NCBI GenBank assembly: GCA_019358915.1
Contig: JAHHIM010000013.1
Coordinates: forward strand, 1-64,000
Source: Trichormus sp. ATA11-4-KO1
GTDB taxonomy: Bacteria; Cyanobacteriota; Cyanobacteriia; Cyanobacteriales; Nostocaceae
DNA: 64,000 nucleotides
Direction of reading: 5' to 3'
A program made the translations under genes and the position numbers. The notes below the pieces were generated by a model. It saw only the letters and a program-made list of their open reading frames with translations. It was not told where the DNA came from and searched no databases. Shown piece by piece: positions 43,556 to 54,868 of this stretch; the stretch's first letter is position 1; every line of letters starts with the position of its first letter.

Positions 43556-43915
43556 ATGGATGTGGATAAATTTTTGCAGCGCTATGCTTCTGGAGAACGA
43601 GATTTTTCCCAGGTCGATTTGAGTAGAGCCAATCTGGGTGGAGCGATTTTACATCAAGTTAATCTCAGTGGTGCAAATCTCAGTAAAGCTAATCTGAATA
43701 AAGCACATCTTGAAGAAGCAAATCTCAGTAATGCAGATTTGAGTTCAACCTATCTAACAGCAGCAAATTTACAACGTGCTAACTTGCAAGGAGCTAACCT
43801 GCATAAAGCCGATTTAGATCGTGCCAATTTACGCTCAGCCAATTTGAAAAACGCTAATTTGGACGGAGCTAATCTGCGAAATGCTACGCTCCCTGATGGT
43901 AAAAGCTCAGATTAG
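43556..43915 (+). CDS. Pentapeptide repeat protein
   Basis: GERDF followed by A(N/D)LXX repeats. Confidence 0.92.
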   Translation: MDVDKFLQRYASGERDFSQVDLSRANLGGAILHQVNLSGANLSKANLNKAHLEEANLSNADLSSTYLTAANLQRANLQGANLHKADLDRANLRSANLKNANLDGANLRNATLPDGKSSD

Positions 43916-43978
43916 AGATCGTTTGCGGCAAATTTTTACTTAAGTAGTGTACGAGTAGGATAGCGTAAATAATTACAA

Positions 43979-44089
43979 GTTTGTAGTGAGAACTTTAGTC
44001 CTCTCTATCTCCTGTCAGAGACGCTTCGCGGTAAGCACAGCTATGCCCGCAGGGCTTTACAAAAAAGGGCTAAAGCCCTTACTACGAAC
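43979..44089. repeat. REP-like inverted doublet with nested short repeats
   Basis: GTAGTGAGAACTTTAGTCCTC...AGGGCTAAAGCCCTTACTAC; interior contains GAGACGCTTCGCG and GTAAGC...CTTTAC units. Confidence 0.75.
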
Positions 44090-44246
44090 TATTTCATTGT
44101 TTTAATTATTACTTACTCCGTTATCTTTCATCGCAGAATAATTAAATTCCCTGATTTTTTACAACTAGATTAATTCAAAGAGTTGGGGATAGGAGAAAAG
44201 AGGTTTCATAGTCCCCAATCTTCAATCCCCTTGAATGATAAACGGA

Positions 44247-44798
44247 TTAGCGAGACTTACCAGAAGTAGAACCACCAGCAGACTTAGCCTCCTGAAGTAG
44301 CTGTGGCATACATTGTTCAATCTTTTGGGCTGTCTGTTCTTCTTGCTGCAAGTTTTGCTGTAGCAACTGCACAACCTGATTTTGATTCATCTGCTCGGCA
44401 ACCTTAATCATGCCACGGTAACAGGCAATCTCTAAGTTTTCGACCTTGGCCTGCGCTCCTGTTAGTGCCAAGTCCAGAATTTTAGGATTATCGGCAGCCA
44501 ACAACATAAGTTTTTGACCGTCACTGACAAGCCCAGCTGCACTATCACAATTCACTCGTTGTGGTTCCTGTCCCAAAATTTTGAATACCTGTTCCAGGTT
44601 CTGTATTTGCTGTTCTGTTTCGCGAATATGTGTCTCCATCAAAGACTTTAACTGGTTATTTTGACAACATTGGCACATCATCTGCATCGCTTCTAAAAAG
44701 CGATTTTCAGAATCGTACATTGCCCCTAATTCATAAGTGAATTTCTGTTGTAAGTTGGTAATTTTTTGTGTACCTGGACGTTCGCTGAGTTGAACCAT
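44247..44798 (-). CDS. YciE/YciF (DUF892) ferritin-like protein
   Basis: MYDSE, HIRETEQQIQNLEQVF, KVENLEIACY and LQQEE. Confidence 0.85.
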   Translation of the reverse strand: MVQLSERPGTQKITNLQQKFTYELGAMYDSENRFLEAMQMMCQCCQNNQLKSLMETHIRETEQQIQNLEQVFKILGQEPQRVNCDSAAGLVSDGQKLMLLAADNPKILDLALTGAQAKVENLEIACYRGMIKVAEQMNQNQVVQLLQQNLQQEEQTAQKIEQCMPQLLQEAKSAGGSTSGKSR

Positions 44799-45069
44799 TT
44801 TAATCTCCTAAAGGTTTGACCCTGTATTCGACAGTCATACCTTTAACCTAAGTCCATCACCTGCGTCTTCTCTTCATACCTGAGGCACAGCTAACTGTTA
44901 ATTATGTCTGCTAAATCAGATACATTACTTAGTATCTGGGTTAGGTCAATTTTTTTGATTGACCATCGTGTCGTTCCGGAATACCACTACACTCCTACGT
45001 CACTATGATGACAGCCTCATCAGGGAATCAGTTAAAGTAAAGATACGTAAAGAAAGCGCTTTGAATTAA

Positions 45070-45750
45070 ATGGTTGCTCCACGCTTAGATGAAATATCTA
45101 CTCAGTTAGAAAGTCCGGATTTGCGCGATCGCATGGTAGCTCTTGCTAGTTTGCGTCATGTATCCCCTGAAGATGCTGTACCTTTAATTAAAAAGGTATT
45201 GGATGATGAATCTCTGCAACTGCGCTCAATGGCAATATTTGCCCTAGGAATCAAGCCAACAGCAGAATGTTATCCAATTTTGGTAAAGATTTTGGAAAAT
45301 GACCCAGATTATGGTATCCGTGCTGATGCCGCCGGAGCCTTAGGCTATTTGGGTGATGCTAGAGCATTTGAAGCACTGGCACGGACTTTTTATGAAGATA
45401 CTGATTGGCTAGTACGTTTTAGCGCAGCTGTTTCCCTGGGTAATATTAAAGATCCACGTGCCCGTGAAATTCTCATTCAAGCTTTAGATAGCAACGAAAC
45501 AGTGTTGCAAGAAGCAGCAATCTCCGCACTGGGAGAAATTCAAGATATTGAGTCTGTCGATAGTATCCTGCGCTTTGCCCAATCATCTGATTGGTTAGTC
45601 CGGCAACGTCTTGCAGAAGCCTTGGGAAATCTTCCTACTCCTAAGAGTATTTCAGCTCTAAAATACTTAGAAAAAGATAGCCATACCAATGTTGCTCAAG
45701 CAGCGAGAATTTCCCTCAAGCGACTTGAGGAAAAAGGCTATCAAGCCTAA
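45070..45750 (+). CDS. PBS-lyase HEAT repeat protein (NblB-like)
   Basis: Repeated VR..AA.ALG motifs; upstream of cpcS. Confidence 0.85.
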   Translation: MVAPRLDEISTQLESPDLRDRMVALASLRHVSPEDAVPLIKKVLDDESLQLRSMAIFALGIKPTAECYPILVKILENDPDYGIRADAAGALGYLGDARAFEALARTFYEDTDWLVRFSAAVSLGNIKDPRAREILIQALDSNETVLQEAAISALGEIQDIESVDSILRFAQSSDWLVRQRLAEALGNLPTPKSISALKYLEKDSHTNVAQAARISLKRLEEKGYQA

Positions 45751-45821
45751 TCTCAGCGTCTCCTGCTACCTTTTAATAATAAGTAGGATTTGTAGCATTT
45801 TCGTGCAGGGTAATTTCATTC

Positions 45822-46388
45822 ATGAATATTGCAGAATTTTTTGAGTTAAGTGCTGGTAGATGGTTTTCCCATCGTACTAGTCACCATTTGGCTTTTAAGC
45901 AAGCTGAAGACGGTAAGTCAGACATTGTAATTGAGATGCTGGCTGCCGATCATCCAGAGGTAATTAAACTGTGTCAGCAGTACGAAATTACTCCTGACTC
46001 CGCCTCCTGCGGCGCTAGAGTTACCTGGAACGGTACCATGGAATGGGATGAAGAAAAACACAGTGGCTCAACTGTGTTGGCTTCAGTTCCTGATGCCGAT
46101 AATCCTCATGAAGGCAAGTTACTGCGAGAAATGGGTTATGCCGAGAAAGCCCCTGTTGCTGGACGCTACAAGATGGGTAGCGATGGCGCTTTGACTTTAA
46201 CGACCGAATACGAAACCATGTGGTCTGAAGAACGTTTATGGTTTGCTAGTCCTAATTTACGGATGCGGGTAAGTATCCTCAAACGCTTTGGCGGCTTTAG
46301 TATGGCTTCCTTCACTTCGGAAATTCGGATGGGTGGTAGTTCATCAGCTACAAAAGTGTCAGAGGCGGCTAATTCCGTGTCTAGTTAG
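45822..46388 (+). CDS. cpcS: CpcS/CpeS phycobiliprotein lyase
   Basis: [35 protein letters not shown] and ASFTSEIR. Confidence 0.92.
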   Translation: MNIAEFFELSAGRWFSHRTSHHLAFKQAEDGKSDIVIEMLAADHPEVIKLCQQYEITPDSASCGARVTWNGTMEWDEEKHSGSTVLASVPDADNPHEGKLLREMGYAEKAPVAGRYKMGSDGALTLTTEYETMWSEERLWFASPNLRMRVSILKRFGGFSMASFTSEIRMGGSSSATKVSEAANSVSS

Positions 46389-46488
46389 TGGAAGTGGGGA
46401 GTTGGAAGTGGGGAACAAGGGAAAATTATCAAAGTAATTTCGCCTCATTCCCCTCATCTCCTGCATCTCCCTGTTTTCACAGCATCAT

Positions 46489-47961
46489 TTAAATTTGCAA
46501 CCAATTAGCGATCGCCTGCGGTAGTGGTAGCACAATGATCACTAACAGTGCCATTGCCATTAATCCTAAAATGTCACGTCCATTATCTAATTCGGTGACA
46601 TCGTTTAAGGCAGGTTCATCGATCAAGGGGATAAATAATAAAATAATCGCCCAGACAAAAAATCCTGACTGCACTAAAGAAAGTAGTAACAGTAATAAGC
46701 GGGAAATTTGACCAATGACCATTGCTGTTCTTTGCCCAAACATTGCATGGACAATGTGACCTCCATCGAGTTGTCCCACAGGCATCAAATTCAAAGCTGT
46801 GACGATTAGCCCCAAAAAACCAGCTATGGCTATGGGATGCAGGTTAATCGCTGATGTTGCCGTTAACTCGCTCCCTAATGCTAACTTCGCAACCAACGCT
46901 AATAAAATTGAATATTTAGGATTGAGTGCTTCAGGATTCAATAGTCCTGTTTGGTCACTCATGGGAACCACTTCCGAATTAGCCAAACCCCAGATTAACA
47001 AGGGTAATGTGACAACAAAACCTGCAATTGGCCCAGCAATGCTCACATCAAATAAAGCTCTGCGGTTGGGAATTGGACTCCGCATCTGAATAAATGCGCC
47101 AAATGTGCCTAAGAAAAAAGGCAGAGGAATAAAATAAGGAAGTGTTGCCCGAATTTTGTAGTACCGCGCTGTTAAATAGTGCCCCAGTTCGTGGATACCC
47201 AAAATAGTCATCAGCCCTAAAGCATAAGGCAATCCTTGCAACAAGGTAATTGGGTCAGATGCTAGTTGTTGCGGATCAAAACCAGCGATTGTTGCTCCCA
47301 CTAACGTTGTCGTCACCAAAGTAGCTACTAGCAAAAATAAAGCTAATCCTGGTCGTGTTACCTGTTCTGGTTGACTGGCATTTTTAGCTGCTTGAGTGTT
47401 AGGAACTAGCACAAAGAAAGGTTTGCCATTGAAACCCTCTTGAAAAATCAGCAAAAAGCGATCGCCAAATTGTGCTTCAATATTTGCCTTAATCTGCTGA
47501 TAAGCTCTAGTAGGTGTGGTTCTAATCTGACCTCTACAGATCACAGCCTGCGGTCTGTACTCAATATTTTGAATGTAGTAAACAGACCAGGGAAAACAAT
47601 TTCGCAGCTGGGTTTCTTCCGTTGGTTCAATGGGACGCACTGGTACTGGTTCTGCGGTAGGATGGATAGCCGATTGTGATTCAATAGCTTGGGGTTCAGT
47701 TTGTGGATCTCTTGGCGCTCGACGACCCCACTGAAACAACAGCCAGTATAACAGAAGGCAAATAATTGAGGGCCAAATGATCAGTAACGGCGGCGGCGGT
47801 TGTTTTGCTCCATAAATCACTGTCCACCCGCTTAATATCAATGCTGGTGTCATTAACACCAGCCACAACAACCAGACTGGTGTCCGGGTGATATTAGCGA
47901 CGCTGCGCTGCACCATCAAATAAGTAGCTAGTCCCAGTAGGAGGAGAAACCAAAATGTCAT
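46489..47961 (-). CDS. Site-2 protease (M50)
   Basis: HELGH, AGP and NLMPVGQLDGG. Confidence 0.92.
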   Translation of the reverse strand: MTFWFLLLLGLATYLMVQRSVANITRTPVWLLWLVLMTPALILSGWTVIYGAKQPPPPLLIIWPSIICLLLYWLLFQWGRRAPRDPQTEPQAIESQSAIHPTAEPVPVRPIEPTEETQLRNCFPWSVYYIQNIEYRPQAVICRGQIRTTPTRAYQQIKANIEAQFGDRFLLIFQEGFNGKPFFVLVPNTQAAKNASQPEQVTRPGLALFLLVATLVTTTLVGATIAGFDPQQLASDPITLLQGLPYALGLMTILGIHELGHYLTARYYKIRATLPYFIPLPFFLGTFGAFIQMRSPIPNRRALFDVSIAGPIAGFVVTLPLLIWGLANSEVVPMSDQTGLLNPEALNPKYSILLALVAKLALGSELTATSAINLHPIAIAGFLGLIVTALNLMPVGQLDGGHIVHAMFGQRTAMVIGQISRLLLLLLSLVQSGFFVWAIILLFIPLIDEPALNDVTELDNGRDILGLMAMALLVIIVLPLPQAIANWLQI

Positions 47962-48150
47962 TTGCTCTTCAGTAATTTGGAAAAAATGTCTCACTAGTGT
48001 GTCGGCACCACAACCTACTCTACTAGACAGACTCTAAACCCCAATTTGTCTACAACAGTTAACAGAACTTATTAATTCTCAAGTGTTAATTCTTAAGAAG
48101 TTCAACTCTGTAAACCAATTTTTACCACTCCTCAGTTACGGTTTTTACTC

Positions 48151-48807
48151 ATGTGCCCCTTACCTCAACAGCCAAGTCATACAGCTAAGCAACCACGTCC
48201 GGTGCTAGATAATATCTTTGCTTTTCCACCAAATCGGGACACATTGGGGGGAACCTCTTACCTTATTGTAGGAAATGAAGGCAATATCCTGATAGATTGC
48301 CCAGCCTTAGAACAAACAAATCTGGACTTTTGGCGCTGTCATGGCGGCGTGCGTTGGTTATTTCTCACTCATCGGGGTGCTATTGGTAAAACAGCAGAAA
48401 TTCAGCAAACTTTGGGCTGTGAAATTCTCATTCAAGAACAAGAAGCCTATTTATTACCTGGGTTAACTGTAACTACCTTTGCCCAGGAATTCACACTCAC
48501 TACTACAGCAAAAGTTATTTGGACACCAGGCCATTCCCCTGGTTCCTCTTGTCTATACTACAGTGAGTTGGGAGGCGTGCTGTTTACTGGTCGCCATTTA
48601 GTCCCCAATCCCCAAGGCGAACTATTACCACTACGAACAGCCAAAACATTTCACTGGCCAAGGCAAATTAAAAGTCTTCAATTACTCAAAGAACGCTTGA
48701 CACCAGAAACACTCCAGTACATTTGTCCCGGTGCGAACACAGGTTTCCTCAGAGGTAAACGTGTCATAGATAATGCTTACCAGCGACTTTTGAGTGCTGA
48801 GTGTTGA
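48151..48807 (+). CDS. MBL-fold metallo-hydrolase-like protein
   Basis: LIDCP, FLTH and TPGHSPGS; metal motif degenerate (THRGAIG). Confidence 0.85.
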   Translation: MCPLPQQPSHTAKQPRPVLDNIFAFPPNRDTLGGTSYLIVGNEGNILIDCPALEQTNLDFWRCHGGVRWLFLTHRGAIGKTAEIQQTLGCEILIQEQEAYLLPGLTVTTFAQEFTLTTTAKVIWTPGHSPGSSCLYYSELGGVLFTGRHLVPNPQGELLPLRTAKTFHWPRQIKSLQLLKERLTPETLQYICPGANTGFLRGKRVIDNAYQRLLSAEC

Positions 48808-48898
48808 GTGCTGAGTGCGCTTGCCCTGAGCGAAGTCGAAGGGAGTGCTGAGGGGAGATGAGGAGTATTTTGGTTCTTGTCCCCTTGTCCCCCACTCC

Positions 48899-50152
48899 CT
48901 ATTCCCCACTCCCCACGCCCGCCAAAACAGAATTTGTCTTCAACAATTCCAATGCTGCTTGATATTGCAGATCGGCTGCTGTGGCAATTTGTTCGCGGGT
49001 AATTGATTCTTGGGAAATTACTTGGTCTGGCTTAATGCCTAATTTGTTAATATCCCGATGGTTAGGAGTTTCGTATTTAGCAATTGTGACTGCCAAACCA
49101 GAACCATCTGATAATTCAAACAAGGACTGGATTAAGCCTTTACCAAAAGTAGTTTCACCTACTAACTGGGCACGACCATTATCTTGTAGCGCCCCAGCAA
49201 GAATTTCACTGGCGCTGGCAGTTCCTTGATTGACTAAAATCACTAAAGGATCGTCCGTTAAGGCAGGGCCAAATGATTCAAAACTACCCTGAATTCCTTG
49301 GCGATTTACCGTGTAGACGATAGTACCGGAATTTAACCACAGGCGGGCAATTTCCACTCCTGATTGTAATAACCCACCAGGATTATTTCGCAAATCTAGA
49401 ATATAGGCAGCAGCGCCTTTTTTCTCTAAACTAGAAATAGCGTGTGCCAATTCCATAGAGGCGTTAGCGTTAAATTGAGTGAGGCGAAGGTAGCCAATGG
49501 GCGTGCCTTGTGGTGAAAAACGCAAGTCGGCTACCACAGGGTTTAGCTCAATGCGATCGCGCATGATGCTAACTTCTTTTTCTCCTTCCCCATCTCGTTC
49601 AATCACCAGGGTGACCAAACTACCAATAGGCCCCCGCATTTTGGCGGCGGCTTCGTCAAGGGTCAAATCATCTGTGGCAATGCCTGCGATTTTGAGAATG
49701 CGATCGCGTGGTCTGATTCCTGCTTTATCTGCTGGTGAATCCATGATGGGAGTCACTACCTCCAGCTTTCCCGTCTGGGGATTTAGGGCAATTTGCAAAC
49801 CCACCCCAGTCAATTCACCAGAAGTATTTACCTGCAAACTGCGGTACTGCTGCGGGTCTAAAAAGCGGGTAAAAGGGTCGCCTAGAGTCTTAAGCATCTT
49901 CTGAATTGCCTCATAAGCTGCCTGATTGTTTCTCAGAGGCTTTTCCAGCGCCTTTTGCCGCGCCATCGACCAATTTTGATGATTAAACGTCTCATCTAGA
50001 TAGGTACGATTGACAATTCGCCAAACTTCTGAAACTAGCTTTTGCTCATCTGTCAAAGCTGCTGCTGGTGGAATGAGAGCGCCCAGCGCCAACCAAAACG
50101 CCATTAGCAATGAAAATCCTAGCCGAAAAACCTGTTTGTGCATGAACCCCAT
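48899..50152 (-). CDS. ctpA: Carboxyl-terminal processing protease
   Basis: PDZ domain, DLRNNPGG, TASASEI and TFGKG; divergent from petB. Confidence 0.92.
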   Translation of the reverse strand: MGFMHKQVFRLGFSLLMAFWLALGALIPPAAALTDEQKLVSEVWRIVNRTYLDETFNHQNWSMARQKALEKPLRNNQAAYEAIQKMLKTLGDPFTRFLDPQQYRSLQVNTSGELTGVGLQIALNPQTGKLEVVTPIMDSPADKAGIRPRDRILKIAGIATDDLTLDEAAAKMRGPIGSLVTLVIERDGEGEKEVSIMRDRIELNPVVADLRFSPQGTPIGYLRLTQFNANASMELAHAISSLEKKGAAAYILDLRNNPGGLLQSGVEIARLWLNSGTIVYTVNRQGIQGSFESFGPALTDDPLVILVNQGTASASEILAGALQDNGRAQLVGETTFGKGLIQSLFELSDGSGLAVTIAKYETPNHRDINKLGIKPDQVISQESITREQIATAADLQYQAALELLKTNSVLAGVGSGE

Positions 50153-50518
50153 ATCCAATGTCACCTGAACCCAAATTACCTAGAAATGCCCATTTACCTC
50201 GTTATTGATGAAATCTATATCTCAACTATGTTACTTTTTTTATAGAAGTGGTGCATTGCTCTCATCAACTTGTAGAAAGAACTGATGCGGTGCATCCCAC
50301 TCAACAAACGATAAAACCCACTTGGTATCCAGCATTTTTGATGTTGGCTTGCAAAGAGAACGCAATATATTCCATATTTACAGAGTGTTAAGTTTCTGAA
50401 AACTCTTATCACTCTGAAGGCTCAAAAGCAAACGAACAAACTCCCCTTTTTGAAAATCCCAAAAATCCTAATTGGGAGATTGATCAACCGCAACTGATTT
50501 TTAGGAACTTGAGATTGT

Positions 50519-51166
50519 ATGGCCAACGTTTACGACTGGTTTGAAGAGCGCTTGGAAATTCAGGCGCTTGCTGAGGACGTGACTAGCAAGTACGTCCCTC
50601 CCCATGTAAATATTTTTTACTGTCTGGGCGGAATTACCTTAACTTGTTTTCTCATCCAGTTTGCCACTGGATTTGCGATGACGTTCTACTATAGGCCAAC
50701 AGTTGCTGAAGCTTACTCCTCTGTACAGTACATCATGAATGAGGTGAACTTCGGCTGGCTGATTCGCTCCATCCATCGCTGGTCTGCCAGCATGATGGTG
50801 TTGATGATGATTTTGCACGTCTTCCGGGTGTACCTCACAGGTGGCTTTAAAAAGCCCCGCGAGTTGACTTGGGTAAGTGGTGTCATCCTAGCTGTAATCA
50901 CCGTTTCCTTTGGTGTTACAGGCTACTCCTTACCTTGGGACCAAGTAGGTTACTGGGCCGTGAAAATCGTGAGCGGTGTACCAGAAGCAATTCCCGTCGT
51001 TGGCGTTTTGATTTCTGATTTGTTGCGTGGTGGTTCTAGTGTTGGTCAAGCTACACTAACTCGCTATTACAGCGCTCACACCTTTGTACTGCCTTGGTTA
51101 ATTGCTGTCTTCATGCTGTTCCACTTCTTGATGATCCGCAAACAAGGTATTTCCGGTCCTTTGTAA
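50519..51166 (+). CDS. petB: Cytochrome b6
   Basis: [18 protein letters not shown] and [10 protein letters not shown]. Confidence 0.99.
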   Translation: MANVYDWFEERLEIQALAEDVTSKYVPPHVNIFYCLGGITLTCFLIQFATGFAMTFYYRPTVAEAYSSVQYIMNEVNFGWLIRSIHRWSASMMVLMMILHVFRVYLTGGFKKPRELTWVSGVILAVITVSFGVTGYSLPWDQVGYWAVKIVSGVPEAIPVVGVLISDLLRGGSSVGQATLTRYYSAHTFVLPWLIAVFMLFHFLMIRKQGISGPL

Positions 51167-51409
51167 TCTACAAATTCAGCCAAAATGCAAAAAGGCAACA
51201 GCTTTCAGTTTCCAGATGGAGTTGTTTGTTTTAAACTTATGGGAAATCAGAAATAAATAACTCATAAGTGACAATAAGAACAAACAATTTATTTTAAGCT
51301 GAAAGCTGTAAACTCCCTCCGGGCTGCTTGCCGCAGACCAGGGTTGCCTTATAGCTGATGGCTTTCATCAATACTTTAACTGAACTTGAGCAGGAGAGCG
51401 CATTAAACA

Positions 51410-51892
51410 ATGGCAACGCAAAAAAAACCCGATCTGAGTGATCCTCAGTTAAGAGCCAAACTCGCCAAAGGCATGGGTCACAACTACTATGGCGAACCTG
51501 CTTGGCCTAATGACCTACTGTATGTATTCCCTATCGTGATTATGGGTTCATTCGCTTGTATTGTGGCTCTAGCTGTGCTAGACCCCGCAATGACAGGTGA
51601 GCCAGCAAATCCTTTTGCCACACCGCTAGAAATTTTACCGGAGTGGTATTTGTATCCTGTATTCCAGATTTTGCGATCGCTTCCTAACAAACTTTTAGGA
51701 GTGTTAGCAATGGCCTCAGTACCTCTGGGACTGATCCTCGTTCCCTTCATTGAGAACGTCAATAAATTCCAAAATCCCTTCCGTCGTCCAGTTGCGACCA
51801 CAGTGTTCCTATTTGGCACACTTGTCACCCTCTGGCTAGGTATTGGTGCTGCTCTCCCACTAGATAAGTCTTTGACCTTGGGATTGTTCTAA
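51410..51892 (+). CDS. petD: Cytochrome b6f subunit IV
   Basis: [12 protein letters not shown] and PEWY. Confidence 0.99.
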   Translation: MATQKKPDLSDPQLRAKLAKGMGHNYYGEPAWPNDLLYVFPIVIMGSFACIVALAVLDPAMTGEPANPFATPLEILPEWYLYPVFQILRSLPNKLLGVLAMASVPLGLILVPFIENVNKFQNPFRRPVATTVFLFGTLVTLWLGIGAALPLDKSLTLGLF

Positions 51893-52189
51893 ATTAGTCA
51901 CCAAAAAACCTTTGACGCCTGTCGTTTCCAGAGCACATACCATGGTTAGCAGTTTTTTGCAGGGTTTCCCTGATTCAAACTGCTGGCTAGTTCCCCAAAC
52001 AAGTATCCTCCGAAAGCAGCTGATACTTTTGGCAGATGAACTTTTGCAACTGACAGGCGTCAATTTTAGTATTCCAGGTAGCTACTAGGATATTTAGTTT
52101 TGGATAAAAACGGTATTCCAAAATCTAAAGTCACCAAAATACAAAAAATACAGACATTTTTTACTAATCTTATATTCAAGTCAAGGTCA

Positions 52190-52630
52190 ATGCTTAGCAT
52201 AGTGCAGCACGACCATCTGACGGTGAAGAGCGAACTTAAGCTCCTAAACTACGTACAACAATGGTTTGAGCAATTTTGTCTAAAATATTTATCTCAACTT
52301 GGCTGGTCAGAAGGCCAACTTTATCGCCTCAATTTAGCATTAGCTGAGGGTTTTACCAACGCAGTTCGTCACGCTCATCGTGCTTTACCACCGGAAACAA
52401 CTATAGAGATTGAAGTTAGTTTGTGGATTAACAGACTAGAGATGAGAATTTGGGATCAAGGAAAACCCTTCAATCCTGATGCCATCACTGAGCCACAGCC
52501 AGGTACTCTGCAAGTAGGGGGGTATGGATGGTTTCTTTTGCGGCGTTTAGCTGACCGTGTTGTCTACGAACGCAGTGCAGATGGGAGAAATTGTCTACTA
52601 ATTGTTAAATATGCCCAAGAAGGTCATTAG
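52190..52630 (+). CDS. Anti-sigma factor / RsbW-like Ser kinase
   Basis: LALAEGFTNAVRHA, IWDQG and GGYGW. Confidence 0.85.
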   Translation: MLSIVQHDHLTVKSELKLLNYVQQWFEQFCLKYLSQLGWSEGQLYRLNLALAEGFTNAVRHAHRALPPETTIEIEVSLWINRLEMRIWDQGKPFNPDAITEPQPGTLQVGGYGWFLLRRLADRVVYERSADGRNCLLIVKYAQEGH

Positions 52631-52798
52631 TACTGAGTTCTGAGTCTCATTTAATGTAAATAGTAAAAAATCAATATTTGTTGTATAAAAAAAACTACTC
52701 AATCTAGTAAAGTCAGCATACGAGTTATACTTGCTACTTTGTTACGATTTGGCAGCAGAAATGTTAGAAGTAGTAAATTTTGCCATAGCGTACTCATA

Positions 52799-53008
52799 AT
52801 GAAGAGTGATGAGTTGAAAGTGCTGAGTGCTGAGTTAAAAGACCGCCCACACTTCGGCAAGGCTTAGTGACCACAATTCGCGTTGCATTTACCGAGTGCA
52901 AAAGTGTTTCCTTCCTCTTGTTATTACTCAGCACTCAGCACTCAGCACTGTGTAAGGTAAAGTGTTTCCTTGCTGCGCTTATAGCCCGTGCTAAGTATAA
53001 ACCCAGTT
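52799..53008. repeat. Dispersed MITE-like element with inverted STRR arms, copy 2
   Basis: Reverse complement of 21073-21219, with a longer right part ending AAACCCAGTT. Confidence 0.75.
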
Positions 53009-53039
53009 GCTTCATTGCTCTCTTGTATCAACACTGTCC

Positions 53040-53170
53040 TCAACTATGTGACTACTGCTATAAAGAAAAATTATCTGGGTTGGGAACCTCAAGTTAGCTT
53101 TAAGGAACTATTAAAGAAAATGGTACAGGCAGATATAGAGCCGTGGCAAAACGGTAAAATTGCAACCTGC
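53040..53170 (+). pseudogene. 3' remnant of a GDP-mannose 4,6-dehydratase-like gene
   Basis: LGWEPQVSFKELLKKMVQADI resembles the Gmd C-terminus; no N-terminal part present. Confidence 0.6.
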
Positions 53171-53204
53171 CACTCTACCCTCTCTGGGAGTATAAACAAT
53201 ATAA

Positions 53205-54368
53205 ATGCTGATTGATACAGTCGGAGAAAACCTCAATTCAGGTAAAAAGGTTAATAAACAAGCTAACCATGTCTTCGTGTTTTTAGAGATTTTTGCCTGC
53301 GAAGGTGGTATTCAATCCTATGTCAAGGATATTTTTCGTGCTTATGCAGAATTAAATGCTGGCTGTAAGGCAGAAGTCTTTTTGTTGCGAGATAATTATG
53401 ACCACTCAAATCCTTTTGAGTCTGATAGTTTAAAATTTCACTACTTTCAAAATAAGTTACCCCAAATAGGTAGATTGAAAATGGCGGGGGCTTTGTTGAA
53501 GTTCCTCTTACAAAAACGCCCCCAGCAAGTTTTTTGCGGTCACATTAATCTGGCAGTCCTGATCCAAATACTTTGCCAGCCGTTAGGTATTCCCTACACA
53601 GTCCTGACTTACGGCAAAGAAGTTTGGGAACCACTGAAAAATAGCGAAAGACGCGCTTTAGCATCAGCAAATGCCATTTGGACAATTAGTCGTTACAGCC
53701 GCGATCGCGCTTGTGCTGCCAATGGTTTAGATGCTAAAAAAATCAAGATGTTACCTTGTGCCATTAATGGCGATAAATTTACACCTGGTTCTCAGCAACC
53801 AGAATTAGTCGAAAAATATGGCTTAGGTGGTACTAAAGTATTAATGACCGTGGCGCGACTATGGTCAGGGGATATTTATAAAGGTGTCGATGTGACGATT
53901 CGCGCACTACCCCAAATCGCTGAGGCTTTCCCAGAAATCAAATATTTGGTAATTGGTCGCGGCGATGACCAACCACGATTAGCCCAACTAGCACAAGATT
54001 TAGGTGTGAGCGATCGCGTGGTTTTTGCGGGTTTTGTGCCTACAGAACAGTTAATGGCCCACTATCGCCTTGCTGATGCCTATATTATGCCCTCTCAAGA
54101 AGGCTTTGGGATTGTTTATTTAGAGGCGATGGCTTGTGGTGTACCAGTGCTATCCGGTGATGACGATGGATCGGCCGACCCCTTGCAGGATGGTAAATTG
54201 GGATGGCGAGTACCACACCGTGACCCAGAGGCGGTAGCAAAAGCTTGTATAGAAATTTTGCGAGGGAATGACCAACGTTGTGATGGACAATGGCTAAGAG
54301 AACAAGCGATCGCCACTTTTGGTATGGAAGCCTTTCGACAACGTTTACAAGAACTACTTTTGTCCTGA
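53205..54368 (+). CDS. Glycosyltransferase family 4
   Basis: GGIQSY, YKGVD and EGFGIVYLEAMACG. Confidence 0.93.
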   Translation: MLIDTVGENLNSGKKVNKQANHVFVFLEIFACEGGIQSYVKDIFRAYAELNAGCKAEVFLLRDNYDHSNPFESDSLKFHYFQNKLPQIGRLKMAGALLKFLLQKRPQQVFCGHINLAVLIQILCQPLGIPYTVLTYGKEVWEPLKNSERRALASANAIWTISRYSRDRACAANGLDAKKIKMLPCAINGDKFTPGSQQPELVEKYGLGGTKVLMTVARLWSGDIYKGVDVTIRALPQIAEAFPEIKYLVIGRGDDQPRLAQLAQDLGVSDRVVFAGFVPTEQLMAHYRLADAYIMPSQEGFGIVYLEAMACGVPVLSGDDDGSADPLQDGKLGWRVPHRDPEAVAKACIEILRGNDQRCDGQWLREQAIATFGMEAFRQRLQELLLS

Positions 54369-54490
54369 GTCGTAAGCCAATAGTCCCAAGGTGAGATTAA
54401 TATTTCTTGACTTTTGGTAGTTGACTGTAGGCTTTTGTCTCTCAACTAAAATCGCTATCCTAGAGGGAGAGGAAGACAATATTTTATAAA

Positions 54491-54868
54491 ATGAGCCTTA
54501 AATCTTTGCAATTGAGTATTGAAAATCTTCGCCCTTGGCTCACTCTGTTAGCAGTTTTTTGGTTGCTAGCATCATTAGGCTTAGGGTGGTTGGTGAATTC
54601 GTTGTTAATCATCTTTGGTTTGCTGTTGTTGACACCTGTTGTAGCTTTCTTCGGGTTTCGCTGGTGGCTACAACACAATTTAGTTACTGATCAATGTCCT
54701 GTCTGCCGCTATGAATTTACAGGTTTAAATAATAGTCAGTTGCAGTGTCCCAACTGTGGAGAGTCACTGTCAGTCAAACAGGGACATTTTCAGCGCTTTA
54801 CACCAGAAGGCACAATTGATGTTACAGCAATTGAAGTACCAGCCAAATCACTGGAAGAAAAAAGTTAA
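54491..54868 (+). CDS. Membrane protein with zinc ribbon
   Basis: Two TMs, CPVC...CPNC and TIDV. Confidence 0.8.
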   Translation: MSLKSLQLSIENLRPWLTLLAVFWLLASLGLGWLVNSLLIIFGLLLLTPVVAFFGFRWWLQHNLVTDQCPVCRYEFTGLNNSQLQCPNCGESLSVKQGHFQRFTPEGTIDVTAIEVPAKSLEEKS

